Shown here: one piece after another, positions 1 to 8,795 of the stretch
Layout: every line of letters starts with the position of its first letter
Numbering within the stretch: the first letter of the stretch is position 1
From: an uncultured delta proteobacterium
GTDB lineage: Bacteria > Desulfobacterota > RBG-13-43-22
Assembly: GCA_963843145.1 (NCBI GenBank)
Contig: CAWJJC010000022.1
Coordinates: 224,001 to 288,000, forward strand
Reading direction: 5' to 3'
Length of the DNA: 64,000 nucleotides
Notes under the pieces: generated by a model
Seen by the model: the letters and a program-made list of their open reading frames with translations, nothing else
Database searches by the model: none
Told to the model about the DNA's origin: nothing
Made by a program: the position numbers and the translations under genes

Positions 1-2
1 CC

Positions 3-521
3 CTGGAACAACTGCCGCGTTGGTTTAAACAGCGGGATAGGGCCTTTGAACCACCCATCAGCACCTTCGAACCGACCAAGAAAGAAGCCAATGTCTCGAA
101 TGTCAATACCATCCCCGGAGAGGATGTTTTCTACCTGGACTGCCGGATTCTCCCCGCCTATTCCCTAAAAAAGGTCCTGGAACGCGTTCAGGTTATGGTC
201 TCTGCCGTTTCCCGCAAAACAGGTGCCCGGATTGTCTGCGAGGTGGTCAATGCCGTTCAGGCCCCGCCGCCGACCTCGCAACAGGCTCCGGTCGTCCGGG
301 CCCTCCAGGAAGCTGTCCGGGCGGTTTACCGGAAAGAGGCCTGCGCCCGGGGTATTGGAGGGGCCACCGTGGCCGCTTTCTTCCGGGCCCGTGGGCTGCC
401 GGCGGCGGTCTGGATGACCACCCTGGAAACGGCTCATCAGCCGAATGAAACGGCCCGTTTGTCCCGGATGATCGGCGACGCCCAGGTTCTAGCCCATATT
501 TTTTGCCACTTCAAAGAATAG
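3..521 (+). CDS. M20 family metallo-hydrolase (DapE/ArgE-like), 5'-partial
   Basis: Frame open from base 3: ...STFEPTKKEANVSNVNTIPGEDVFYLDCRILP...GIGGATVAAFFR...AHQPNE; typical M20 dimerisation and C-terminal motifs. Confidence 0.85.
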   Translation: MEQLPRWFKQRDRAFEPPISTFEPTKKEANVSNVNTIPGEDVFYLDCRILPAYSLKKVLERVQVMVSAVSRKTGARIVCEVVNAVQAPPPTSQQAPVVRALQEAVRAVYRKEACARGIGGATVAAFFRARGLPAAVWMTTLETAHQPNETARLSRMIGDAQVLAHIFCHFKE

Positions 522-602
522 TCTAAAATTAATTAGATTGACAAATCTCCTGTTCTTATAATAATTATATACATTTTTGCATATTCACGGGAGACGGAAA
601 AA

Positions 603-1220
603 TTGAGCGGGATCTATAAAGGGAAAAAAACCAAAGAAGAACCCCTGGAATTCAACAACGCCTGGTTAGTTCCCAAAAAGATATTTTTCACCAAGGGGAT
701 CGGGCGGCATAAGGCCAAGCTTCAGTCCTTTGAATTGGCCCTGCGGGATGCCGGGATTGAAAAATGCAATCTGGTTTATGTTTCTTCGATTTTCCCCCCT
801 AATTGTAAAATCATCCCTTTTGAAGAAGGGATTCTGGAGCTGCTGCCCGGACAAATCACCTTTTGCGTGCTGGCCAAAATCAGTTCCAATGAACCGGAGC
901 GATTGATGGGGGCCTCTATCGGATTGGCCGTCCCGGCCGATGAATATCATTACGGGTATTTGTCGGAGCACGCCGCTTTCGGAGAGAACGAAAAAGAAAT
1001 GGGGGATTTCGCCGAAGACCTGGCTTCCACCATGCTGGCTACCACGTTGGGCATCGACTTTGACCCCCAAAAAGATTACGACGAACGGCGGGAAATTTAC
1101 CGCATGAGCGGAAAAATCGTGGACACCTTTTCCCATACCTGTGTCGCCCGCGGCAATGGCCTGTGGACTACGGTGGTAGTGGCGGCGGTCTTTCTCCTCG
1201 GAGCGCCCGGCGACCAATAA
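603..1220 (+). CDS. pdaD: Pyruvoyl-dependent arginine decarboxylase
   Basis: [25 protein letters not shown] self-cleavage (Ser-Ser) motif, [16 protein letters not shown]; TTG start after GGAGA. Confidence 0.9.
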   Translation: MSGIYKGKKTKEEPLEFNNAWLVPKKIFFTKGIGRHKAKLQSFELALRDAGIEKCNLVYVSSIFPPNCKIIPFEEGILELLPGQITFCVLAKISSNEPERLMGASIGLAVPADEYHYGYLSEHAAFGENEKEMGDFAEDLASTMLATTLGIDFDPQKDYDERREIYRMSGKIVDTFSHTCVARGNGLWTTVVVAAVFLLGAPGDQ

Positions 1221-1264
1221 GATCTCGAAACAGCGCTGCTTTTCCTAACGGACGAGTTAATCCC

Positions 1265-2149
1265 TTGCGGTCACTCAATTTCCTCGGCTTAGACGAAACC
1301 GGCCAAGATCCGGCCTCGGCCGACGTCCTTATTCAGCCCATCCCCTATGATGCCACCACCAGCTTTCAGCCCGGGACCCGCTTTGGTCCGGAGGCCGTCC
1401 TCCAAGCCAGTCAGCAAGTGGAGTTATGGGATGAGGAATTATCCTGGGAACCTTTCAGTCGGTACACCTGTCTGACCTTGAGCGACATCCCGGTAAATCA
1501 TGGGGGGCCGGAGCGCATGGTTCGGGATATACGGGAAAGGATTGAACCCTACCATAAAATTCGGAAGTTGGTCGTAGCCCTGGGCGGTGAACACTCCATC
1601 AGCTTTCCGATCGTCCAATCCTTACAGGAAATGTATCCCGGCCTGGCAGTCTGCTTCCTGGACGCCCATGGGGATTTACGGGAAGAATGGGAAGGTTCCA
1701 GATTCTCCCACGCCTGTGTGCTGCGTCGGATAGCCGAGTTAGACCTCCCGATTTTTCATTTGGGACTGCGCAGCTTTTCACGGGAGGAAGCGGATTTTAT
1801 CCGGGATAATCCCCGGATCCGGACCTATTCCAGCCGGGAAATCCTTCTGGAAGACGGCCTAAGCCGGCTAGCCCGGGACTTGGTCGATAGTGGGGCGAAA
1901 AATATTTACCTGTCTCTGGACGTGGACGTCATTGATCCCGGTCTGCTTCCCGGGACCGGTACTCCTGAACCAGGCGGTTTATCTTGGTATTTCCTGTTGG
2001 AGGCGATCCAGATCATTAACCGACAGGGAACGATTCGGGGCCTGGATCTGACCGAATTGATGCCCATCTCCGGTTCGAAGCAGTCCGAATTCATTGCGGC
2101 CAAGCTGATTTTTAAAATCCTATCGGCCCTGTTGTATAAAAAAGGCTAG
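1265..2149 (+). CDS. speB: Agmatinase (ureohydrolase family)
   Basis: GTRFGP, GGEHS, DAHGD, SLDVDVIDP, GTGTPEPGG motifs; start uncertain (in-frame TTG 1265 preferred over 1163, which overlaps pdaD). Confidence 0.9.
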   Translation: MRSLNFLGLDETGQDPASADVLIQPIPYDATTSFQPGTRFGPEAVLQASQQVELWDEELSWEPFSRYTCLTLSDIPVNHGGPERMVRDIRERIEPYHKIRKLVVALGGEHSISFPIVQSLQEMYPGLAVCFLDAHGDLREEWEGSRFSHACVLRRIAELDLPIFHLGLRSFSREEADFIRDNPRIRTYSSREILLEDGLSRLARDLVDSGAKNIYLSLDVDVIDPGLLPGTGTPEPGGLSWYFLLEAIQIINRQGTIRGLDLTELMPISGSKQSEFIAAKLIFKILSALLYKKG

Positions 2150-2262
2150 CCGAAAAAATTTGCCTTATTGGCAATAGTTTGAATTTCAAATTTAAAGATT
2201 AGGCGGGTTCCAAGAGTAGAAACCAATTCTAAGACCGGATAAAGAGAGAATCTAATTTATTT

Positions 2263-3372
2263 ATGGACGAGACTAATAAATTCAGTTGGCGGGAGTTTCA
2301 TGACGGATCCCAGGATGGCCTGACCCCCTTAAGAAGCCTGGATCTGAAGCAAGTGGACGACTTCTCGTCTTTGCTGGAAGGAATGGCCCAAACGGCCTTC
2401 AGCGGCCGTTCCCTGGGAGAAGCCCAAGAGATTCTCCTGGATATGGTTCAGGACCCAGATTGCTTGGTGGTAGGGACCTTTTCGGGGGCCATGTCGGTGG
2501 CCAAGATGGGGCTCTTGCTCTGCGACATGATCGATTGGGGCTGGCTGGACATCATTATCTCCACCGGGGCCCTCATGGCCCACGGGTTGGTGGAATCCAT
2601 CGGGCTGGTACATTATAAAAATCCTCCTCACCAGACCGACAGCCGTCTCTATGCCTTGGGGTATAACCGAATTTATGATACCCTGGAAATGGAAAAAAAT
2701 TTAAACGATGTGGAAAACATTATCTCTCAGGTACTGGACCGTCTGGACCCCGGGGAACCCTTAGGCTCGGAAATCTTCTGCCGTCAGGTCGGCCGTTATC
2801 TGTCGGGAATAACCGATCAGCCGGGGATCCTGAAAAACGCCTATCAAAAGGGGGTCCCGGTTTTCATCCCGGCTTTTACCGACTCCGAACTCGGCTTGGA
2901 TCTGGCCACCTGGATGGTAAAAAAGACCTTGAGCGATCGGCCTGATCAGGACCTGGTTCAGGGCCTTTCGAAACCCTTTCTCTCCTTCAACCCCTTTCTG
3001 GATCTGGCTAGTTATACCCGGCGCATTCTGGAGGCCAAAAAAGTGGGTATCTTTACTATCGGCGGCGGAGTTCCCCGGAACTGGGCACAACAAGTCGGCC
3101 CTTTTGTGGAGATCCTCCAATACCGTTTAGGCCAAACCTTGCCCCTGAAGCGTTTTTCCCGCGGGATCCGCATCTGCCCGGAACCGGCCCATTGGGGGGG
3201 CTTGAGCGGTTGCACGTACTCGGAAGGAGTTTCCTGGGGTAAGTTCATTCCGCCGGAAGAAGGCGGCCGTTACGCGGAAATCTATTGCGACGCCACGGTG
3301 GCCTGGCCGATCTTAATCGCCGCCGTTCGTCAAAAAATGCAAAAAGAGAAAAAAGGAATCTCGGATGAGTAG
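2263..3372 (+). CDS. Deoxyhypusine synthase-like protein (probable homospermidine synthase)
   Basis: STGALMAHG, PAFTDSELG, GGGVPRNW, GGLSGCTYSEGVSWGK, CDATVAWP motifs. Confidence 0.9.
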   Translation: MDETNKFSWREFHDGSQDGLTPLRSLDLKQVDDFSSLLEGMAQTAFSGRSLGEAQEILLDMVQDPDCLVVGTFSGAMSVAKMGLLLCDMIDWGWLDIIISTGALMAHGLVESIGLVHYKNPPHQTDSRLYALGYNRIYDTLEMEKNLNDVENIISQVLDRLDPGEPLGSEIFCRQVGRYLSGITDQPGILKNAYQKGVPVFIPAFTDSELGLDLATWMVKKTLSDRPDQDLVQGLSKPFLSFNPFLDLASYTRRILEAKKVGIFTIGGGVPRNWAQQVGPFVEILQYRLGQTLPLKRFSRGIRICPEPAHWGGLSGCTYSEGVSWGKFIPPEEGGRYAEIYCDATVAWPILIAAVRQKMQKEKKGISDE

Positions 3373-3637
3373 AAAACAGAAACACCTTTTCTTTCTTTTG
3401 AGTTGTCTGGTGCTCTGGTCTTTTCTTATGTCGGCCGTGAATGGGGAAAAGCTGGAACAATTTGAGGGTCGAATAACGCAGATCAATGAAGGGGCAGGAA
3501 CCCTGGTCGTCAATGGTCTAACCCTGGATGCCTCCGATTTTGAGTTGAGTGACCTGGAGGCCGGTTACTGGGTGATGGGCGATTTTATTAGAGAAAAAGG
3601 GAAATTACGTCTAGTGGATATCGAGGTGATTAAGTAA
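3365..3637 (+). CDS. Small exported OB-fold-like protein (DUF5666-like)
   Basis: Signal peptide followed by FEGRITQIN...LVVNG...LEAGYWV beta-rich pattern; overlaps the upstream gene end. Confidence 0.5.
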   Translation: MSRKQKHLFFLLSCLVLWSFLMSAVNGEKLEQFEGRITQINEGAGTLVVNGLTLDASDFELSDLEAGYWVMGDFIREKGKLRLVDIEVIK

Positions 3638-3645
3638 AAAATCTC

Positions 3646-3674
3646 TTGACATGCCAGATCAAATAGCCTATTAT
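3646..3674 (+). promoter_or_regulatory. sigma70-type promoter
   Basis: TTGACA-17 nt-TATTAT upstream of the lipoprotein at 3800. Confidence 0.7.
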
Positions 3675-3799
3675 TCCAGTTTAAAATTATTGCAGATTGT
3701 TCTATCTTACTGAAAAAACATGGTTTTATTATTTCCTTGATTTAAAACGTTTTTTTGGAGACGGAAAGAAATTTAATTTAAGAAAAGGAGGTGAAGATA

Positions 3800-4021
3800 A
3801 TGCGCAAACTTATTTCCCTGTTGCTCGTCGTCATGTTGCTGGTAGTTTTTACTTTCGCTATGGGCTGCAAGAAGAAGGAAGAGGCTCCCCCGGCTCCGCC
3901 GGCTGCCACGGAACAAAAAGCTCCTGAAGCCGCTCCGGCTCCTGCTCCGCCGGCTGGAGAGCAAAAAGCCCCTGAGGCCAAAGCCCCCGAAGCTCCTGCA
4001 GCTCCGGCAGAAAAAAAATAG
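3800..4021 (+). CDS. Small Pro/Ala/Glu-rich lipoprotein
   Basis: AAGGAGGT RBS, lipobox AMGC, low-complexity EQKAPEA repeats. Confidence 0.8.
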   Translation: MRKLISLLLVVMLLVVFTFAMGCKKKEEAPPAPPAATEQKAPEAAPAPAPPAGEQKAPEAKAPEAPAAPAEKK

Positions 4022-4046
4022 CCTCGCTCAAAGCACGTGGTACCCT

Positions 4047-4094
4047 GAGGGGACAATTTTTAGATTGCCATTAAAAATTGTCCCCTCTTTTTTT
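4047..4094 (+). terminator. Rho-independent terminator
   Basis: GAGGGGACAATTTTT...AAAAATTGTCCCCTC inverted repeat followed by a T-tract. Confidence 0.85.
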
Positions 4095-4101
4095 TGGCTC
4101 T

Positions 4102-5190
4102 ATGGATGACCTTTACCGCCAAGTAAACCAAGAGCTCTCCCAGGGTCGGGATATCGTCCTGGCCACCATTATCCGGCAAAAAGGGTCGGCCCCTCGGACT
4201 ACGGGGACCTGTTTTTTGATCCGGTCGGATGGTCAATTCAGCGGTACGATCGGGGGAGGAAAATTAGAGGCCGAGGTGCTCCAGGCGGCCCCTGAGGTTT
4301 TTTCTCGAAGAAAAAATAAGCTGCTTTTTTTCCGCTTGCGGGGGGAGGAGGTGGCGCAAACGGAGATGATCTGCGGCGGTGAGGTAGATGTCTTCCTGGA
4401 ATTGATTTCCGCGCAGAACCCCCATCACCGGCACTTTTTTAACTGCCTCTCCAGTCTGTCGCTTCCTGACCATAAAATCCTATTGGTGACGCGGGTCGAA
4501 GATCAAGGCCGTGCCGACCGGGAGGAGACGAAATTTCTTTTCTATTCCGAAGAGGAGGGGGGGTATTTCCCCAATCCTCCCCCCGCCTGGATCCAACCCC
4601 TCAGGGATCGCCTGTCCACTTTCTTAAATAACGACCCACCGGTCCAAGTCCTGACCGAACCGACGGGAAAAGCTAAACTTTTTCTGGAAACCCGGACTCC
4701 GCCGGCTACCGTGTTTCTCTTCGGTGCCGGGCATGTCTCCAGGCCTCTTTGCCGGCTGGCCAAAATGGCCGGGTTCCGGGTCATAGTCATCGACGATCGA
4801 GAGGAGTTCCCGACGACAGCCCGGTTTCCTGAAGCCGATGAATTGATCGTCCGCTCTTTCGATGCAGACCTGAACGAGCTTTCCCTGGGCCCCAATGCCT
4901 ATATCGTGATCATCACCCGAGGCCATTTGCATGACCATCAAATACTGCGCCAGGTTCTGAAAAAACCTTTGGGCTACCTGGGGATGATCGGCAGTCGCCG
5001 CAAAACAGGAATTATTTTTGAGGCCTTGCGCCGGGAGGGTTTTTCGGAAGAAAAAATTAAAACCATCCATGCCCCTATCGGCCTGGCCATCAACGCCCAG
5101 ACCCCCGAGGAAATCGCCATCTCCATAATCGCCGAAATGATTCAGGTCCGTGGAGAGGGGCAGGTTAAAAAGAAAAACTGGGCGGTTTAG
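4102..5190 (+). CDS. xdhC: XdhC/CoxI family molybdoenzyme maturation factor
   Basis: GSAPR, GTIGGG.LE, MICGG, FGAGHVS, DDREEF, TRGH..D, YLGMIGSRRK, PIGL.I.AQTPEEIAISI; ATG 4102 chosen because 4078 lies inside the terminator. Confidence 0.9.
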   Translation: MDDLYRQVNQELSQGRDIVLATIIRQKGSAPRTTGTCFLIRSDGQFSGTIGGGKLEAEVLQAAPEVFSRRKNKLLFFRLRGEEVAQTEMICGGEVDVFLELISAQNPHHRHFFNCLSSLSLPDHKILLVTRVEDQGRADREETKFLFYSEEEGGYFPNPPPAWIQPLRDRLSTFLNNDPPVQVLTEPTGKAKLFLETRTPPATVFLFGAGHVSRPLCRLAKMAGFRVIVIDDREEFPTTARFPEADELIVRSFDADLNELSLGPNAYIVIITRGHLHDHQILRQVLKKPLGYLGMIGSRRKTGIIFEALRREGFSEEKIKTIHAPIGLAINAQTPEEIAISIIAEMIQVRGEGQVKKKNWAV

Positions 5191-5235
5191 GAGTATTCGG
5201 CACTGGCGGGACTTGTTCTATCTATCAAATTTTTC

Positions 5236-5265
5236 TTGACAATTTTACCGTCTCCTTTTTATTAT
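5236..5265 (+). promoter_or_regulatory. sigma70-type promoter
   Basis: TTGACA-18 nt-TATTAT upstream of the lipoprotein pair. Confidence 0.5.
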
Positions 5266-5389
5266 GAACCTGAACTGCTGGAATAGGTCCTTTGAGGGCC
5301 TCCTCGTTACCTCAGGGGCGGCGGTTGGTTAGAGACTTGCAAGAGACTCTATTTACTATTGAATTTCTAATATTCTATGGCCGGTCCCT

Positions 5390-5851
5390 ATGCTTCAAAA
5401 GATCCATTCATCTAAAACGAACCTTACTCTTTTCCTGCTGGCCCTTTTATTTAACCTGATTGGACTGGGTTGCGGCAGTGATTCCAACAACAAGGATAGT
5501 ATCAGCAGTGGGACCCACACCGGGTCCGGCGGATCCGGGCTTCCGCCGGCGGCTATTACGGTGGTGGCCGGCAATAATGAATTAGCCGCCAGTGGGGGGA
5601 CTACCACGATTACGGTTATGGTCACCGACAGTCGAGGGGCCCGAACCGAGGCCACCTTTTATTTGACCTCCTCTTTGGGCGGGAATTTTGTCATCGACAG
5701 CGGAACGAAGAGCGGAACCATCGTCGGGACCACTACCGGGGGAATTTTTATCACTTCCTTTGAAGCCGGAGGGGTGCTTGGAAACACGGAAATTGCCGCC
5801 ACCATCCCGGGGACCTCTTTACGGAGTTCATTTACCATCAATATCGTCTAA
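5390..5851 (+). CDS. Lipoprotein with Ig-like (Big-1/invasin-type) domain
   Basis: Lipobox LGC, Ser/Gly linker, beta-rich LAASGGTTTITVMVTDSRG pattern. Confidence 0.65.
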   Translation: MLQKIHSSKTNLTLFLLALLFNLIGLGCGSDSNNKDSISSGTHTGSGGSGLPPAAITVVAGNNELAASGGTTTITVMVTDSRGARTEATFYLTSSLGGNFVIDSGTKSGTIVGTTTGGIFITSFEAGGVLGNTEIAATIPGTSLRSSFTINIV

Positions 5852-5879
5852 ATTTTTTTCTAATTTGGAGGTTTAGCCT

Positions 5880-6296
5880 ATGAACCGGATAACTACCCTA
5901 ATCTGTCTGTTGGTCATCCTCACTTTATTCCTGCTGGGCTGCAATTCGAATACCTCTTCTTCCAGCGGCTTTGGGTCCGGGTCGGGTTATAGCCTGAATC
6001 TTACCACCTCCAACACTTCGATTCCCGAAGGCGGCAGCGCCACCTTGATCGTGGCCGGAAAGGACGCCCAAGGCAACCCGGTGAACGATTCAGTGCAGGG
6101 GGTCACCTTTTCCTCGACCTTGGGTGGATCGTTCAGCCCCGCTTCACCTTTTCTGTCCAGCGGTGTCGCCACGACCGTTTTTACCACCTCAGGGGGCACC
6201 ACCCCCACCCCCACCGCCGCCGTCGGGGTCACCCAGATCACCGCGTCTTACAAAGGGGCGTTTGCCTACATGAGTATCTATGTTTTTCAACCCTAA
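5880..6296 (+). CDS. Lipoprotein with Ig-like (Big-1/invasin-type) domain, paralogue of the upstream gene
   Basis: GGAGG RBS, lipobox LLGC, SIPEGGSATLIVAGKDAQGNPV..VTFSSTLGG, ITASY. Confidence 0.7.
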   Translation: MNRITTLICLLVILTLFLLGCNSNTSSSSGFGSGSGYSLNLTTSNTSIPEGGSATLIVAGKDAQGNPVNDSVQGVTFSSTLGGSFSPASPFLSSGVATTVFTTSGGTTPTPTAAVGVTQITASYKGAFAYMSIYVFQP

Positions 6297-6326
6297 CCCC
6301 AGGGCCGGAGAAGAAAACTATTCCCG

Positions 6327-6351
6327 CCAATCCCCCCTTACCGGGGGATTG
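6327..6351 (+). terminator. Stem-loop after lipoprotein pair
   Basis: CAATCCCCC-loop-GGGGGATTG hairpin; weak T-tract. Confidence 0.45.
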
Positions 6352-6379
6352 CCCATTTAAGGTACTTAGCGCAGGCCTC

Positions 6380-8221
6380 ATGACGGCGATCGCCCCTATC
6401 AGGCCGGGTTGGAAACAGAGGTTTTCTTTAGCCTCCCTTTTGTTTATTCTCCTTTTCCCGGGTCACCCCAACGCCACCCCTGCCACCCGGGAAGTATTAT
6501 CCGCTGAACAGGTTTTTCAGGTGGAGGGACGGGTAGCAGGACCTGATCATCTGGAGGTGCTTTTTCGCATAGCGGACGGGGCTTACCTGTACCGCGACAA
6601 GTTGAAATTTGAGATTCAACCTCCGGAGATTCAACCCGGGGAGATTCAACTCCCCCCCGGACAGCCTCATGAAGACCTCGTTTTCGGACCCACCGAAATC
6701 TATCGCCAATCCCTCCAGGTGCGCATTCCGATCAAACGTCTTAACCCGGAAACGCGGGAAATCATCCTGACCGTCAAATATCAGGGCTGCTCGGATAGCG
6801 GGTTTTGTTACCCCCCCCAAAGAAAAAAAATCAACCTGACCCTGCCCCCGAGCCCTCCGGCTGCGACCTTGAAAACCAAACCCGGTCCGGAGCCGATCAA
6901 GTCGTCGGACCTCAATAACTATGACCGCCTCTTTCGGGAAGGTAATTATTTCTTTGTTTTGTTGAGCTTCTTTGGTTTTGGACTGCTCCTTTCCCTGACC
7001 CCCTGCATGCTTCCCATGATTCCCATCCTCTCGGGTATTATTGTGGCCCAGGGGACTTGCCTGCGCCGGGGACGGAGCTTTACTTTATCTCTCATTTATG
7101 TGCTCGGCATGGCCCTGACCTTCGCCGCCGTCGGGGTGATCGCCGGGCTGACCGGCTCCCTGATCTCCGCCCTGCTGCAGAATCCCTGGGTCATCGGTTC
7201 ATTTTCTCTAATCTTTGTCCTTCTGGCCCTGTCCATGTTTGGCTTCTATGAACTCCAGATGCCCGGCACGCTCCAGACGCTGTTGTGCCGAACGAGCAAC
7301 CGTTTTTCCGGCGGAAACTTTTTGGGCGTCTTTTTCATGGGCATCCTTTCGGGCCTGATCATGGGCCCCTGCGTCACCCCTGCTTTGGCCGGGGCCCTAT
7401 TGTTTATCGGCCAGACCCAAAACATCTGGGTGGGCGGGCCGGCCCTTTTTATCCTGGCTTTGGGCATGGGGGTCCCGCTACTGATCGTCGGCGCTTCGGC
7501 CGGGTTAATCCTCATCAAGGCCGGGCCGTGGATGGAGGCCATCAAAACCTTCTTCGGGGTTCTGCTCCTGGGTCTGGCCCTCTACCAGGTGAGTCCCTTC
7601 ATCTCCCTTTCCTGGCAGATGTTCCTCTGGGCCGCCCTGCTGATCATCTCTTCCATTTTCCTGCGCGCCCTGGACCCCCTGCCCGAAGGGGCCCGGGGCT
7701 GGGCCCAATTCCGGAAGGGCGTGGGAGCGCTCATTTTTCTGATCGGCCTGGCGTTGCTGATCGGGGCCTTAGGCGGCGGGAAAAATCTTTATCAACCCTT
7801 GGAGGGACTTCTGGAAAGGAGAGGAACGGGTACACCGCTTCAAGGAACAACTAGCCCTTCGGGATTGAACTTTCAACGCCTGACTAGCCTCGCGGAATTG
7901 AAGCAGCAATTGCAATCGGCTCGGGGTCAAAAAGTCTTTCTTTATTTCGGGGCCGAGTGGTGCGCGTCCTGCAAGGCGTTGGAGCGAGGCGCTTTCCGGG
8001 ATGCTCAGGTTCAGGAACGGTTGAAAGGAGTGAAACTCCTCAAGGCCGACCTCACGGATATGACGGAAGAGGCCCATGCCCTCCTGATGGAATTCGGCCT
8101 TTTCGGGCCTCCGGCAATCCTTTTTTTCGACGAGCAGGGGCAGGAGATCAAAAATGCCCGCCTGATCGGCGAGCAGGACTCCACCAGTATGTTGGAACAT
8201 CTCAATAAAGTGTTGAGGTGA
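6380..8221 (+). CDS. dsbD: Thiol:disulfide interchange protein DsbD
   Basis: N-terminal QGCSDSGFCYPP, membrane LTPCMLPMIP and GPCVTP, C-terminal thioredoxin WCASC. Confidence 0.95.
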   Translation: MTAIAPIRPGWKQRFSLASLLFILLFPGHPNATPATREVLSAEQVFQVEGRVAGPDHLEVLFRIADGAYLYRDKLKFEIQPPEIQPGEIQLPPGQPHEDLVFGPTEIYRQSLQVRIPIKRLNPETREIILTVKYQGCSDSGFCYPPQRKKINLTLPPSPPAATLKTKPGPEPIKSSDLNNYDRLFREGNYFFVLLSFFGFGLLLSLTPCMLPMIPILSGIIVAQGTCLRRGRSFTLSLIYVLGMALTFAAVGVIAGLTGSLISALLQNPWVIGSFSLIFVLLALSMFGFYELQMPGTLQTLLCRTSNRFSGGNFLGVFFMGILSGLIMGPCVTPALAGALLFIGQTQNIWVGGPALFILALGMGVPLLIVGASAGLILIKAGPWMEAIKTFFGVLLLGLALYQVSPFISLSWQMFLWAALLIISSIFLRALDPLPEGARGWAQFRKGVGALIFLIGLALLIGALGGGKNLYQPLEGLLERRGTGTPLQGTTSPSGLNFQRLTSLAELKQQLQSARGQKVFLYFGAEWCASCKALERGAFRDAQVQERLKGVKLLKADLTDMTEEAHALLMEFGLFGPPAILFFDEQGQEIKNARLIGEQDSTSMLEHLNKVLR

Positions 8222-8330
8222 GGGTGAAGAGGAGATAATCGGGACGCAGACCTTCGCCCTTGGAAGCCCAAAAGACAATTAAAATACGAAGGCCCAAAAG
8301 CCAATTAAGCGCTTAAAGAAAAAGCGGATA

Positions 8331-8376
8331 AAAACAAAAAAGGGGTTGAACGGAAGCTCAACCCCTTTTTTGTTTT
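8331..8376. terminator. Bidirectional Rho-independent terminator
   Basis: AAAACAAAAAAGGGGTTGA...TCAACCCCTTTTTTGTTTT between convergent dsbD and csp. Confidence 0.9.
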
Positions 8377-8393
8377 CTTGAGAAATCTGGTTT

Positions 8394-8597
8394 CTATAAA
8401 GCTTTTACATTGGTTGCCGCCGGGCCTTTTTTGCCTTCTTCGATATCAAAGCTCACGCGTTGACCTTCGGCCAAAGTCCTGAAGCCTTGCATAGTGATTG
8501 CTGAATGGTGAACAAAAACGTCTTTTTCCTGACCATCGACCGCGATAAAACCAAAGCCCTTACTTTCGTTGAACCACTTCACGTGTCCTTCTGGCAT
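8394..8597 (-). CDS. csp: Cold-shock protein (CspA family)
   Basis: [33 protein letters not shown]; AAGGAGG RBS before the ATG at 8597. Confidence 0.97.
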   Translation of the reverse strand: MPEGHVKWFNESKGFGFIAVDGQEKDVFVHHSAITMQGFRTLAEGQRVSFDIEEGKKGPAATNVKAL

Positions 8598-8761
8598 ACT
8601 CGTATCCCTCCTTTTCAGATTTCTCAAGTTGGGATACGAATAAAAAAATAAAGGCACCGACTCACTATCCACGATGCTTGGACTTTTTCTTATCTACCGC
8701 CAACTTCGACCGCTATGACATTCCGCATGAACTCATAACGGATTTAACTGCTTAACAATAA

Positions 8762-8789
8762 ATTTTATCACGAATAATAGGCTTGTCAA
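8762..8789 (-). promoter_or_regulatory. sigma70 promoter for csp, implying a ~155-nt 5' UTR
   Basis: Minus strand TTGACA-16 nt-TAAAAT with an extended TG; long UTRs are typical of cspA-type genes. Confidence 0.6.
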
Positions 8790-8795
8790 GTTTTT

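Noticed and set aside
5270-5389. GC-rich leader upstream of the lipoprotein pair as a riboswitch
   Set aside because: No conserved aptamer motif recognised; an Rfam scan would be needed
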